A DNA stretch of 64,000 nt from Minisyncoccota bacterium (GCA_021734995.1 JAIPHX010000002.1:80189-144188); one strand, 5' to 3'; positions 37,572-46,944 are shown, numbered from the stretch's first letter. The notes: generated by a model not told the origin, from the letters alone. Made by a program: numbers and translations.

Positions 37572-38156
37572 ATGGCAAACATAGATCAAAAACCTTCAAA
37601 ATATATGCTTAATCTTTTGCATGTTCTTTCTCCTTTTGCGGATGAAGAAAAAAAGGTATTAAACGCTATCGTAGAAATAAACTCAGGGACTATCAATAAA
37701 TACGAGCTGATTACTGAGACAGGTCAATTAAAATTAGACCGAGTGGGATATTCTTCCCTCGCTTATCCTTTTGCTTATGGAGCAATTCCTAAAACATGGG
37801 ATTACGATGGTGATCCACTTGATATAGAGATTGTAAATGTTATGGAGCCATTAGTTCCAGGATGTCTAGTAGAGGCCCGTATCATTGGTGTAATGAAATT
37901 TGAAGATGCTGGAGAAATAGATGACAAAATCATTGCAGTCTTGGCAGACGACAGGAGAAGTGATCATATTCAATCCTTAGAAGATTTAGGAGGGCAATTT
38001 CAAAAAGAGACTACTTACTACTGGGAACATATCAAACACTTAAAAAAACCAGGTACAGGCATCATTAAAGGTTTTTTTGATAAAGAAGAAGCTATCAAAG
38101 TTGTCCAAGAGTGTGCTGATAGATACACTGATATATATTTAAAGAAGTTTGAATAA
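37572..38156 (+). CDS. ppa: Inorganic pyrophosphatase (family I)
   Basis: NAIVEINSGTINKYE...DRVGYSSLAYPFAYGAIPKTWDYDGDPLDIEIV PPase signature. Confidence 0.9.
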   Translation: MANIDQKPSKYMLNLLHVLSPFADEEKKVLNAIVEINSGTINKYELITETGQLKLDRVGYSSLAYPFAYGAIPKTWDYDGDPLDIEIVNVMEPLVPGCLVEARIIGVMKFEDAGEIDDKIIAVLADDRRSDHIQSLEDLGGQFQKETTYYWEHIKHLKKPGTGIIKGFFDKEEAIKVVQECADRYTDIYLKKFE

Positions 38157-38171
38157 AGAAAGTTTTTTCCA

Positions 38172-38206
38172 CAAAATCCCCTTTTATAAAGGGGATTTTG
38201 AATTTT
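38172..38206 (+). terminator. Rho-independent terminator after ppa
   Basis: AAAATCCCC(ttttataa)AGGGGATTTT perfect stem, T-rich tail. Confidence 0.75.
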
Positions 38207-38293
38207 AGTGACTAAATGTATTTATTTCTGCTATAATAAAAAGGTGTCTTTTCCGACACTGGTTATTATTAGTATTTAATATAAATAAAAAAA

Positions 38294-39109
38294 ATGAAAA
38301 CAAAAAATTATTCACGCATATTATCACTCGCTTTGGTTTTAGTTTTTTCTTTGGCTTTTAGCCAAGTAGTATTAGCAGAAAGTTCAAATCCACTTTCTCC
38401 AAGTCCAAGACCTCTTCCTCCTGTAAAACCAGAAAGGAAAGAAATTAAAGACAAGTTTGAAATTGAAAAAAAAGAACTTAAAGAAGAAATGAAGGCAGAA
38501 AAAGACGAAGTTAAAAAATTACTAGATGAGAAGAAAGAGAGCATCAAAACTGAAATGGAAGCAAAGAGAGAAGCTGTCAAAAATGCAATGGAATTAAAAA
38601 GAGAAGAAATCAAAAAGAATCTAGAAGTTAAAAGAGAAAACTTGAGAGAAAAATTTGAAGACAAAAAACCAAGTTTAGTTAATAGTTTAAAAGAAAAAAT
38701 AGCTGGTAATGATGATAAAAAACCTGAAGCTCCTGCTGTACGAGTAGCTTTCAATTTTGGAACAGTAGCTGAAAATTTAGCCAAAATTGCAGATAGAATA
38801 AATTCAAGAATAGATACAGTAGAAGAATTAGGAGCAGATGTTTCTGTTTCAAGAGAATTTATGACTTCAGCAGAGACTAGTCTTGCAAAAGCTATGGGCT
38901 ATATATCAGAACTAAAAACAAATGTTGACACAAAGACCGCAAACATGGAACAAGCAAAGACTTTAGCAAAATCAGCAAAAGAAGCATTAAAAGAAGCTCA
39001 TGGTTACATGAGAAAAGCATTAGAGAGCTTAAAAACAAAAGCTTCTGAAGTAAGGAAAAGTGTTACCTCAAGTTCTGCAGAAGTCGCTCCAAGCGCTGAA
39101 GTAGAATAA
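38294..39109 (+). CDS. Secreted K/E-rich coiled-coil protein
   Basis: 271 aa; signal peptide (ILSLALVLVFSLAFSQVVLA); heptad-like KEEMKAEKDEVKKLLDEKKESIK repeats. Confidence 0.55.
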   Translation: MKTKNYSRILSLALVLVFSLAFSQVVLAESSNPLSPSPRPLPPVKPERKEIKDKFEIEKKELKEEMKAEKDEVKKLLDEKKESIKTEMEAKREAVKNAMELKREEIKKNLEVKRENLREKFEDKKPSLVNSLKEKIAGNDDKKPEAPAVRVAFNFGTVAENLAKIADRINSRIDTVEELGADVSVSREFMTSAETSLAKAMGYISELKTNVDTKTANMEQAKTLAKSAKEALKEAHGYMRKALESLKTKASEVRKSVTSSSAEVAPSAEVE

Positions 39110-39157
39110 TATTAAAAGTCGTATCATTTATAAATTAACAATAATTTAACAAATAAA

Positions 39158-39412
39158 ATGGAACCAACAGTAGAAAAATCAAAAAATGTTTGGGTTAGTG
39201 TAATTATAATAGTGCTTATGCTTGTAATAGGAGGAATATATCTTCTAAATAATAAAGGAAGCATGGAAAACAACACTGAGGAGTCTGCAGTCGTAGAAGA
39301 ATCTGCTGAAATGTCAGTAGAGACAGCTCCTACTGTGACTGAAATCCAAAATATTGAAGAAGATTTGGGAGATTCTATGAATATAGATAATTTGGACGAA
39401 GGTTTGCAATAA
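39158..39412 (+). CDS. Small hypothetical membrane protein
   Basis: 84 aa; single TM (VWVSVIIIVLMLVIGGIYLL) then acidic tail; followed by a terminator. Confidence 0.4.
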   Translation: MEPTVEKSKNVWVSVIIIVLMLVIGGIYLLNNKGSMENNTEESAVVEESAEMSVETAPTVTEIQNIEEDLGDSMNIDNLDEGLQ

Positions 39413-39432
39413 TTATTGTAACAGTTCTCTAC

Positions 39433-39466
39433 AAAAAACCCTTAAACGGGGTTTTTTGTTTTTCTA
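39433..39466 (+). terminator. Rho-independent terminator
   Basis: AACCC(ttaaacg)GGGTT followed by TTTTTGTTTTT. Confidence 0.65.
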
Positions 39467-39511
39467 TACAAAAATTTGAAAATAAAAGAGTTTTAGTATA
39501 GGATAAAGTTT

Positions 39512-40600
39512 ATGATACAAATAAAAATAAATAAACTACCAAAAAGTGAATTGGAGATAGAGGCACAATTAGAAGCAAATGTATTAGAGGCACTCTTTCC
39601 AAAAGCGCTAAAGAATATTAGTGAAAATATTGAAATGGACGGATTTCGTAAAGGAAAAGTCCCAGAAAATATCATTTTATCCAAAGTTGGAGAATTAGCG
39701 ATTTTAGAAGAAGCAGCAGAAATAGCGATCAATGAAAATTATCCAAAGATCCTAGAAGAAAACAAGATAGATGCTATTGGTAGACCTTCTATTACAATCA
39801 CCAAAATAGCTCGCAATAACCCATTGGAATTTAAAATAAAGACAGCTGTATTGCCTGAAGTAAATCTTCCAGACTATAAAAAAATATCCCAGAAAACTAT
39901 CAGTGATATAAGTGCTGAAGATAAAAATATTGAGGTATCTGACCAAGAGTTAGAAAACACCATAATGGATATTCGCAAATCTCGTGCTCCAAAAATCAAC
40001 ATGCAAGACATAGCAAAGAAAGATGAACCAACAGAGGAGAATAAAAATACAGAAGAAGTAAAACTCCCAGAAGTGGAGCTTCCAGAATTAAATGATGACT
40101 TCGTCAAAGCTCTAGGGCCATTCAAAGATGTAGCAGATTTTAGAGAAAAGCTAAAAGAAAATATCAAGCTTGAAAAAATAAACCAAGCACGAGAAAAAAC
40201 ACGCTTGAAAATCATAGAAGCAATCATAGAAAAAACTGAAGCAGAAATACCTGAAGTATTGATAGATTCTGAACTAGAAAAGATTCTCTATAGAATGGAG
40301 ACAGATATCAGCGCAATGGGTTTAAAATTTGAAGATTATCTTGTCCATATCAAAAAAACCAAAGAAGACTTACGCAAAGAATTTAGACAAGATGCAGAGA
40401 AGAAAGCAAAGTTTTCTCTTGTTTTGTTTGAAATCTCTAAACAAGAAAATATAAAAGCAGATACAGAAGAAGTAGCAAAAGAAGTAGCTCATATCCTAGA
40501 ACACTACAAAGATGCTGACCCTGACAGAGCTCAAATGCATGCTGAAAATGTCTTGACCAATGAAAAGATTTTCCAATTTTTAGAGAATCAGGGGAAGTAA
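39512..40600 (+). CDS. tig: Trigger factor lacking the PPIase (FKBP) domain
   Basis: N-terminal ribosome-binding domain with GFRKGKVP signature; C-terminal chaperone arm present; no FKBP block; sits upstream of clpP. Confidence 0.8.
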   Translation: MIQIKINKLPKSELEIEAQLEANVLEALFPKALKNISENIEMDGFRKGKVPENIILSKVGELAILEEAAEIAINENYPKILEENKIDAIGRPSITITKIARNNPLEFKIKTAVLPEVNLPDYKKISQKTISDISAEDKNIEVSDQELENTIMDIRKSRAPKINMQDIAKKDEPTEENKNTEEVKLPEVELPELNDDFVKALGPFKDVADFREKLKENIKLEKINQAREKTRLKIIEAIIEKTEAEIPEVLIDSELEKILYRMETDISAMGLKFEDYLVHIKKTKEDLRKEFRQDAEKKAKFSLVLFEISKQENIKADTEEVAKEVAHILEHYKDADPDRAQMHAENVLTNEKIFQFLENQGK

Positions 40601-40659
40601 AAACACTATTCTATTAAAAAGAGAAGGGCTATACTTATATGACCAAATAACTTCCATCG

Positions 40660-40965
40660 CTACACTAGCTCTATTTTTTTACCTAAGGCTTTGGATATTT
40701 TATACAAAGTACCTAAAGAAAAACTATGCTTTCCACTTTCTATACGAGAAATAAAGGATTGTGGTAATTTTGTCTTTTCAGCAATAGTTTTTTGTGTCAT
40801 TTTCTTTTGAATGCGCGTATTTCTAATTTTTTTTACTAAGTACAAACGAGAAATCTCTTCATAGTAAACTTTTTGATAGAATTTTGATTTTGAAAATTGA
40901 TCAAAAACATCTTTACTAGAATAAAGCTTTAGCGGACTTTTGATTTTTTTATTTTTTTTAATCAT
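40660..40965 (-). CDS. XRE-family HTH antitoxin (HigA-like)
   Basis: MTQKTIAEKTKLPQSFISRIESGK helix-turn-helix; directly downstream of, and overlapping by 4 nt with, the toxin-like gene. Confidence 0.7.
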   Translation of the reverse strand: MIKKNKKIKSPLKLYSSKDVFDQFSKSKFYQKVYYEEISRLYLVKKIRNTRIQKKMTQKTIAEKTKLPQSFISRIESGKHSFSLGTLYKISKALGKKIELV

Positions 40966-41270
40966 ATATTATATTTAATATACTTATATACTTTCTCCAT
41001 TTGAAATAAATAACTTTTCGGGGTTTTGGATGTCTTCTTAATAAAAATATAAATAAAATATATATTTTTATCTTTCACAAAGAAAACCAAGCGGTATCTT
41101 TTTACAATCAATTCTTTAATCTCTCCTTTTAGTTTTTTAGTATAAACAACCCTGAAATCTCCCTCTTCTAAGAAACTAATAGAAGCGTGTATTTTTGCTT
41201 GATCTGTTTCTGGTAATTGTTTTATAAACAAAGAAACCTTTTCGGTAAAAAAAGAATTATACATTTTCAA
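40962..41270 (-). CDS. RelE/ParE-superfamily toxin (HigB / Gp49-like)
   Basis: 102 aa; KKLKGEIKELIVKRYRLVFFV...IYIFIKKTSKTPK resembles the HigB/Gp49 (K.L.G.L.ELR...YRI.YF...H.F.KK.QKTP) family; toxin-first order typical of higBA. Confidence 0.6.
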   Translation of the reverse strand: MKMYNSFFTEKVSLFIKQLPETDQAKIHASISFLEEGDFRVVYTKKLKGEIKELIVKRYRLVFFVKDKNIYFIYIFIKKTSKTPKSYLFQMEKVYKYIKYNI

Positions 41271-41310
41271 AATAAATATTTTATAATGAAAATTAAATCT
41301 TTCTGTTTAG

Positions 41311-41332
41311 AGTATATCAATATTGATATACT
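41311..41332. promoter_or_regulatory. Perfect 22-bp palindrome in the higBA promoter region (candidate antitoxin operator)
   Basis: AGTATATCAAT|ATTGATATACT, 41-62 bp upstream of the toxin start codon. Confidence 0.5.
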
Positions 41333-41479
41333 AGTGTCAAATATAAAAAAATCAATTATATATAAATATTGTAAATAAGTTGTAAATTAAGTATATATAT
41401 CAATAAAACATGAGGTCTGAGAAGTCTCCTGTATGGTAGACGCGTACAGGAAATTGATTTTATTTCCAAAAAAAGTATA

Positions 41480-42088
41480 ATGAACATTATGTTAATACCC
41501 ACAGTAATAGAAAAGTCCCAGTTTGGTGAAAGAGCTTATGATATATACTCTCGTCTTTTGCGTGAGCGTATTATCTTTCTTGCAGGACCAATAGATGACC
41601 ACACTGCCAACATTGTCATCGCACAGCTTTTATTTCTAGAGTCTGAAGATTCAAAAAAAGACATCAGCTTTTATATCAACTCCCCTGGAGGATCAGTCAC
41701 TTCTACTCTTGCTATTGTAGATACTATCAATCACATTAGACCAGATGTAGCTACTTTTTGTGTAGGAATAGCAGCTTCCGGAGCAGCGATCATATTATCT
41801 TCTGGTAAAAAAGGAAAGAGATACATTCTTCCAAACGCAGAAGTTATGATTCACCAGCCACTTGGAGGAGTAGAAGGACAAGCTACTGATATTGCTATCA
41901 CAGCAAAACACATTTTAAAGACAAGAGAAAATCTAAACAAAATGCTTGCAAAAAATACCGGTAGACCTGTAGGCCAAATAGAAAAAGATGTAGAGAGAGA
42001 TTTCTTTATGGACGCTGAAGAAGCAAAAAAATACGGGATTATAGATGAAATAGTCACGAAATCCAAAGCTACAAGTTCTAGCAAGTAA
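41480..42088 (+). CDS. clpP: ATP-dependent Clp protease proteolytic subunit
   Basis: [29 protein letters not shown] motifs; 202 aa. Confidence 0.95.
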   Translation: MNIMLIPTVIEKSQFGERAYDIYSRLLRERIIFLAGPIDDHTANIVIAQLLFLESEDSKKDISFYINSPGGSVTSTLAIVDTINHIRPDVATFCVGIAASGAAIILSSGKKGKRYILPNAEVMIHQPLGGVEGQATDIAITAKHILKTRENLNKMLAKNTGRPVGQIEKDVERDFFMDAEEAKKYGIIDEIVTKSKATSSSK

Positions 42089-42350
42089 TATATCAGCCAA
42101 AAGCTCTTAAAAATACTATTTTTTAATTCTTAAAATCATTTTTAAGGCTGTTTTTGGCATTTTCTGGACTTTTGTCTATATTTTTGGTACATTTCTAATG
42201 TAGATTTTTAATAATTATTTTGAAACAGTTTATAGGAATACACACATGTTGTTGAAGAAAATAAATCACAAACGGATTTTTGACTTAAAAAAAGTGAGTA
42301 AGATTAAGACCACAATATAGGGGCGTGTTCTTGTAAGCTGAAAAACGCTT

Positions 42351-43880
42351 ATGAGTGAAACAACTATAATTCTTTTAGGAGGCTTGGTACTCCTTTTAGG
42401 ACTTGCTATCGGATATTACCTCCGATTGGTAATTGCTCTTGGAAAAAAGAGATCAATTGAAATAGACATCAAACAAATGATGGTCGGAGCTAAAGAAGAG
42501 GCTCAAAAAGTAGTAGAGGAAGCCAAGAAGAAAAGTGAAGATAAATTAGCAGAGCTTCGTGAAGAAGAAAAAAAACGAGAGCAAGATTTTAAAGATACTG
42601 AAAAACGTCTTATCAAAAAAGATGATTTTTTGGATGCTCGTCAGACTGAGCTTGATAAAGAAGCTGAGGCAATAAAAGTTAAAGTAGAGGAAATAAAAAA
42701 GATACAAGAAAGAGTATCTAAGGTAGAGGAAGAGAAGCGCGTAGAATTAGAAAGAGTCGCCAAACTTTCTCAAGAAGATGCAAAAGAAGAACTAATGCAT
42801 GAAATTGAAAAAAAGTATGAAGAAGATATTTTAATCAGAATGCAGAAATTAGAAAATATGGGAACTGAAAAACTAGAAAGTAGGGCAAAGGATATATTGG
42901 CTACTTCTATCCAAAGACTTGCTTCTAGTACTGCTTCTGATCTAATGACCACTACTGTCACATTGCCCAATAACGATATTAAGGGAAAAGTAATAGGAAA
43001 AGAAGGTAGAAATATTCGTGCTTTTGAAAGAGCTTCTGGGGTAGAGCTCATTGTAGATGATACTCCAGGATCAATCATTATTTCTTCTTTTGACCCTGTA
43101 AGAAGACAAGTAGCTAGACTAGCTCTGGAAAATCTAATACTAGATGGTAGAATCCAACCAGCTAAAATAGAAGAATTAGTAGAGAAGGCAAAAGAAGATA
43201 TAAACAAAATAATCAAAGAAAAAGGAGAACAGGCAGTGTTTGAGTGTGGTGTATTTAATTTTGATCCTAGAATTGTGGCAATCTTAGGAAGATTGTATTT
43301 CCGCACAAGTTATGGACAAAATGTTCTCCAACACTCAGTAGAGATGGCACATATCGCAGGAATGATTGCCGAAGAGCTTGGAGCTGATGTACAAATAGCT
43401 AAAGCGGGAGCATTAGTACATGACATAGGAAAAGCTCTTGACCATGAGGTGCAAGGAACCCACGTAGAAATCGGTATTCGTATTCTTCAAAAATTTGGAG
43501 CAGACGAAAGAATTATTACAGCAATGAAATCTCACCATGAGGATTATCCTTATGAAACAGTAGAAGCTATCATTGTGCAGACAGCCGATGCTATCTCTGG
43601 TGGACGTCCAGGAGCTCGTAGAGACTCTGTAGAGAACTATATAAAGAGACTACAAGACTTAGAGGCCTTAGCAAATAGCTTTGAAGCTGTAGAAAAATCA
43701 TATGCTCTTCAAGCTGGTAGAGAAATTCGCATATTTGTTACTCCTGAAAAAATATCAGATACTGAGGCAAAGCTTATGGCTCGTGAAATAGCTCAAAAAA
43801 TAGAACAAGAGCTAAAATACCCTGGTGAAATAAGAGTTACAATGATTAGAGAAACTAGAATTATTGAGTACGCTAGATAA
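42351..43880 (+). CDS. rny: Ribonuclease Y
   Basis: N-terminal TM, coiled-coil, KH domain (GKVIGKEGRNIRAFERASGV), HD domain (HSVEMAHIAGMIAEELG...LVHDIGKA). Confidence 0.9.
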   Translation: MSETTIILLGGLVLLLGLAIGYYLRLVIALGKKRSIEIDIKQMMVGAKEEAQKVVEEAKKKSEDKLAELREEEKKREQDFKDTEKRLIKKDDFLDARQTELDKEAEAIKVKVEEIKKIQERVSKVEEEKRVELERVAKLSQEDAKEELMHEIEKKYEEDILIRMQKLENMGTEKLESRAKDILATSIQRLASSTASDLMTTTVTLPNNDIKGKVIGKEGRNIRAFERASGVELIVDDTPGSIIISSFDPVRRQVARLALENLILDGRIQPAKIEELVEKAKEDINKIIKEKGEQAVFECGVFNFDPRIVAILGRLYFRTSYGQNVLQHSVEMAHIAGMIAEELGADVQIAKAGALVHDIGKALDHEVQGTHVEIGIRILQKFGADERIITAMKSHHEDYPYETVEAIIVQTADAISGGRPGARRDSVENYIKRLQDLEALANSFEAVEKSYALQAGREIRIFVTPEKISDTEAKLMAREIAQKIEQELKYPGEIRVTMIRETRIIEYAR

Positions 43881-44044
43881 TATATAGTTACGAAAGAATA
43901 ATTTGACTAAATTGATACATTCTCTATACCCCTTGCCTAAAAAAACCCTTGATATATAATATATGTATGTACTTTAAGGGTAAGTCTTTTAATGAAAATT
44001 AAGAGACCGGTCGAAAGATTATTAAAAATAACTTTTAAAGAATA

Positions 44045-44317
44045 ATGAATAAACAAGCATTAGTTGAATGGGCACACGGTAAATTAGGCGGGACAAAAGT
44101 CCAAGCTGAAGAGTTAGTAGATGGAGTCTTTGATTCTATTGTTGGTACTTTAAAAAAAGGAGATGAAGTATCAATAGCTGGTTTCGGAATTTTTTCCGTT
44201 AAAGCAAGAGCAGCAAGAATGGCTCGTAATCCAAAAACTGGAGAACAAGTAAAAGTTGCAGCTACAAAAGTTCCAAAATTCAGAGCTGCTAAAGCACTGA
44301 AGGATGCAGTAAAATAA
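44045..44317 (+). CDS. hup: HU family DNA-binding protein
   Basis: 90 aa; GFGIFSVKARAARMARNPKTGEQVKV... HU/IHF arm signature. Confidence 0.9.
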   Translation: MNKQALVEWAHGKLGGTKVQAEELVDGVFDSIVGTLKKGDEVSIAGFGIFSVKARAARMARNPKTGEQVKVAATKVPKFRAAKALKDAVK

Positions 44318-44349
44318 TTTTCTATTCGCGCGCGAACAGAAATATATCA

Positions 44350-44378
44350 AAAAGCACAGACATCGTCTGTGCTTTTTG
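44350..44378. terminator. Bidirectional terminator between convergent hup and lexA
   Basis: GCACAGAC(atc)GTCTGTGC perfect stem, A-run before and TTTTT after. Confidence 0.8.
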
Positions 44379-44396
44379 TATTATGTAGTATTTTGT

Positions 44397-44966
44397 TTAG
44401 TACTTCCTAATAACGGCTTTGACTATTGCCACGATATTCATACTATTCTCTGGGTAAATAAGTTTATAGTTTTTATTTGCTGGCTCAAGCCACATCTTTG
44501 ATCCACTTTTACTTTTGCGTAAATATTTCATAGTAAATTCTCCATCTACTTCAGCAATCACAATGTCACCTTCTTTTGCAGTATTTGTCTTTTCTACTAT
44601 TACCATATCCCCTTCTTCTATATGAGCATCAATCATAGAATCTCCATCTACTTCTAGTATGTATGTTTTTTCTGTATCTTTAACGAGAAAATCTTTTAAG
44701 TTCATACTGTCTTCAACTTCTTCGGCAGTAGAAGGAAAACCTGCTTTTACAGAACCAAGCAAAGGAACCTCTCCAAAAGAATCTGAGGGTATCAATCTGC
44801 CTAGATTATCTTTAGCAACAAAACCCATAGAAATCAATTTTTCAACCACCCTAAAAACTGCATTCTTGGACTTGAATCCAAAAATCTTCATCATCTCAGA
44901 ATATGAGGGCATTCTCTTGTTGTTTCTATAAAAAGATTCTATTTTTAATTTATATGGGTTTTGCAT
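44397..44966 (-). CDS. lexA: LexA repressor
   Basis: N-terminal winged HTH; S24 peptidase domain with GDSM (Ser nucleophile) and a downstream Lys; AG cleavage-site context; 189 aa. Confidence 0.9.
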   Translation of the reverse strand: MQNPYKLKIESFYRNNKRMPSYSEMMKIFGFKSKNAVFRVVEKLISMGFVAKDNLGRLIPSDSFGEVPLLGSVKAGFPSTAEEVEDSMNLKDFLVKDTEKTYILEVDGDSMIDAHIEEGDMVIVEKTNTAKEGDIVIAEVDGEFTMKYLRKSKSGSKMWLEPANKNYKLIYPENSMNIVAIVKAVIRKY

Positions 44967-45047
44967 TTATTATTTATATAAACTTTGTATTTATTACTTA
45001 TAAGAATTTGATTTTATTGTTTACAGAAATCTTGTATTTACTACAAT

Positions 45048-45067
45048 AGTATTATACCGATAATACT
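45048..45067. promoter_or_regulatory. Inverted repeat AGTATTA-N6-TAATACT upstream of lexA, with direct repeats TTGTATTTAYTAC at 44984-44997 and 45031-45044
   Basis: Read directly from sequence; 82-101 bp upstream of the lexA start; function unknown. Confidence 0.3.
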
Positions 45068-45255
45068 GAAGTGAGTGTAGGGAAAAATTTTTGAAAGAAA
45101 TTCCTTCTAGTATGATAACGGACTTTCCTTAAAAGTAAACGATGATCTCTCGCCTCTTTTGAATAAGATTCCCCTGCTAAAATCTTAAGATCAATCTGTC
45201 TATTGATCCTTTGTATTTCCATTTCTAACATTTTTAAATATTGTGATTGTGACAT
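45052..45255 (-). CDS. Small hypothetical protein, likely first gene of an SOS-regulated operon with lexA
   Basis: 67 aa basic protein; ~55 nt downstream of a strong LexA-box promoter (45321-45348); no domain recognised. Confidence 0.4.
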   Translation of the reverse strand: MSQSQYLKMLEMEIQRINRQIDLKILAGESYSKEARDHRLLLRKVRYHTRRNFFQKFFPTLTSVLSV

Positions 45256-45320
45256 TTTTTTATAAAAGTTACTTGTTGCTAAACGACCTAACTATTTGTT
45301 ACTAAACTAACTTGTTTTTA

Positions 45321-45348
45321 GTATATGTGAACGAGCGTTCACTGTCAA
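45321..45348 (-). promoter_or_regulatory. Sigma-70-type promoter with a Cheo-type LexA box (SOS box) in its spacer
   Basis: Minus strand reads TTGACA-gtgaacgctcgttcaca-TATACT: perfect -35, 17-bp spacer, 5/6 -10; the spacer contains the perfect palindrome GTGAACG-CT-CGTTCAC = GAAC-N4-GTTC. Confidence 0.65.
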
Positions 45349-45393
45349 GAATTTAGATGTGGATAACTACAATTCACTTTAAAAACAAAGCTT

Positions 45394-46944
45394 CTACATA
45401 GGCTTGGGACGATATTGTAAGGCTTCCAATATATGTTTATTTTGAATAATGGCAGACTGATCCAAGTCGGCAATAGTTCTAGCTACCTTCAAAATCTTTT
45501 TGTAAGCTCTCATTGATAAAGACATTTTTTCTATACTTTGAATAAATAATTCACGGGATTCTTGGGATATACTGTACGCATCAAAAAAATTTGTATCTAT
45601 CTCTCCTATATTTTTTATAGAGGTATCTATAGGGGTAGTTAAATTTTGTTTTATTGAGCTCTGTATTTTTTCTCCCATTTTTCTGCCAGCTATAACTCTT
45701 TTTTTTATCTCAACACTTGTTTCTGTTTTTTCTGTTTTATTTAAAATATTAAAATCCACTTGACCGACCGAAACCCACATGTCTATTCTGTCTACAATAG
45801 GTCCTGATAATTTTCTTTTATATTTATACAAATCTACCGCTGTGCATTTACACAAATCTTCTTTTAATGATGCATAGCCACACGGGCAAGGATTCATTGA
45901 AACAATTAAAATAAAATCAGCAGGAAAGATAATGCTTGCATTCGCCCTTGTAATTGTAATTTCTTTTGATTCTAATGGTTGTCTTAGTGCTTCTATTACC
46001 CTTCTATCAAATTCTGGAAATTCATCCAAAAACAAAACTCCCTTATGTGCCAAAGTAATCTCTCCTGGCTTTGGATTTGTCCCTCCTCCTACAATAGATG
46101 TATAAGAAGAAGTATGGTGAGGAGATCTAAAGGGTGGGTGAAATATTAAATTATTTTTATTTAATCCAACAGCAGAATGAATACTTGTTACTTCAAATAT
46201 TTCTTCATACTCTAAATCTGGCAAGATGCTAAGAAAAGCATTCGCAAGCATTGTCTTCCCTACTCCTGGTGGACCGTACATAGCAATATTGTGCTTGCCT
46301 GTCGCCGATATCTCTAATGCTCTTTTTATTGATTGTTGTCCTTTAATTTTTGCAAAGTCATTTTTGTTTTCAGTTGATAAATAATCTTGTATCATCGTCT
46401 TCTGCTTGCTTTGAGCCAAAATTTTTAACCCAAGCAAATGATTGGCAACATCTGCAAGACTTTTTACTCCAAAAATTTTGATATCTTTTACAAAGATTAC
46501 CTGTGATATATTTTCTTCTGGTAAAAAAACTTGCTTGAAACCTTTACGCCTAGCTTCTTCTACCAACGGCAATGCCCCTTTAATAGAAAATATTTTTCCA
46601 TCCAGCCCAAGTTCCCCTAAAAATATTTTATCTCTCGGGTCAAAAGAAATCTGTTTGTCTGCCAACAAAAAACATACAGCAATAGCAAGATCAAAAAAAG
46701 TCCCCTCTTTTTTTATATCAGCAGGAGACAAAGAAACTACTATTTTTTTGTTTAAACTTCTTGGAGACACAAACCCAGAATTTTTAATTGCAGAGCTAAC
46801 TCTGTCTTTTGATTCGTCTATAGATTTGTCAGGCAAGCCGATAATTGAAAAAGAGTGTAGCCCAATAGAAACATCTATCTCTATGTTTAAAATGTTTGCC
46901 TTTAAAAAATTTATTTGAGCTGAATATACTTTTGCAAAACTCAT
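45394..46944 (-). CDS. comM: YifB/ComM family Mg-chelatase-like AAA+ ATPase
   Basis: N-terminal Lon-protease-like domain, Walker A GPPGVGKT, Walker B LFLDEFPEF, C4 zinc motif; 516 aa. Confidence 0.9.
   Translation of the reverse strand: MSFAKVYSAQINFLKANILNIEIDVSIGLHSFSIIGLPDKSIDESKDRVSSAIKNSGFVSPRSLNKKIVVSLSPADIKKEGTFFDLAIAVCFLLADKQISFDPRDKIFLGELGLDGKIFSIKGALPLVEEARRKGFKQVFLPEENISQVIFVKDIKIFGVKSLADVANHLLGLKILAQSKQKTMIQDYLSTENKNDFAKIKGQQSIKRALEISATGKHNIAMYGPPGVGKTMLANAFLSILPDLEYEEIFEVTSIHSAVGLNKNNLIFHPPFRSPHHTSSYTSIVGGGTNPKPGEITLAHKGVLFLDEFPEFDRRVIEALRQPLESKEITITRANASIIFPADFILIVSMNPCPCGYASLKEDLCKCTAVDLYKYKRKLSGPIVDRIDMWVSVGQVDFNILNKTEKTETSVEIKKRVIAGRKMGEKIQSSIKQNLTTPIDTSIKNIGEIDTNFFDAYSISQESRELFIQSIEKMSLSMRAYKKILKVARTIADLDQSAIIQNKHILEALQYRPKPM

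Noticed and set aside
41421-41452. Possible CtsR operator (GGTCTGAgaaGTCTCC) or E. coli-type LexA box (CCTGTA-N9-TACAGG) upstream of clpP
   Set aside because: The heptad direct repeat matches the CtsR consensus (A/GGTCAAAnanA/GGTCAAA) too poorly. The CTGT...ACAG element has the wrong spacing for an enterobacterial SOS box. A clear Cheo-type box exists elsewhere, at 45327-45342. Probably just a hairpin in the clpP leader.
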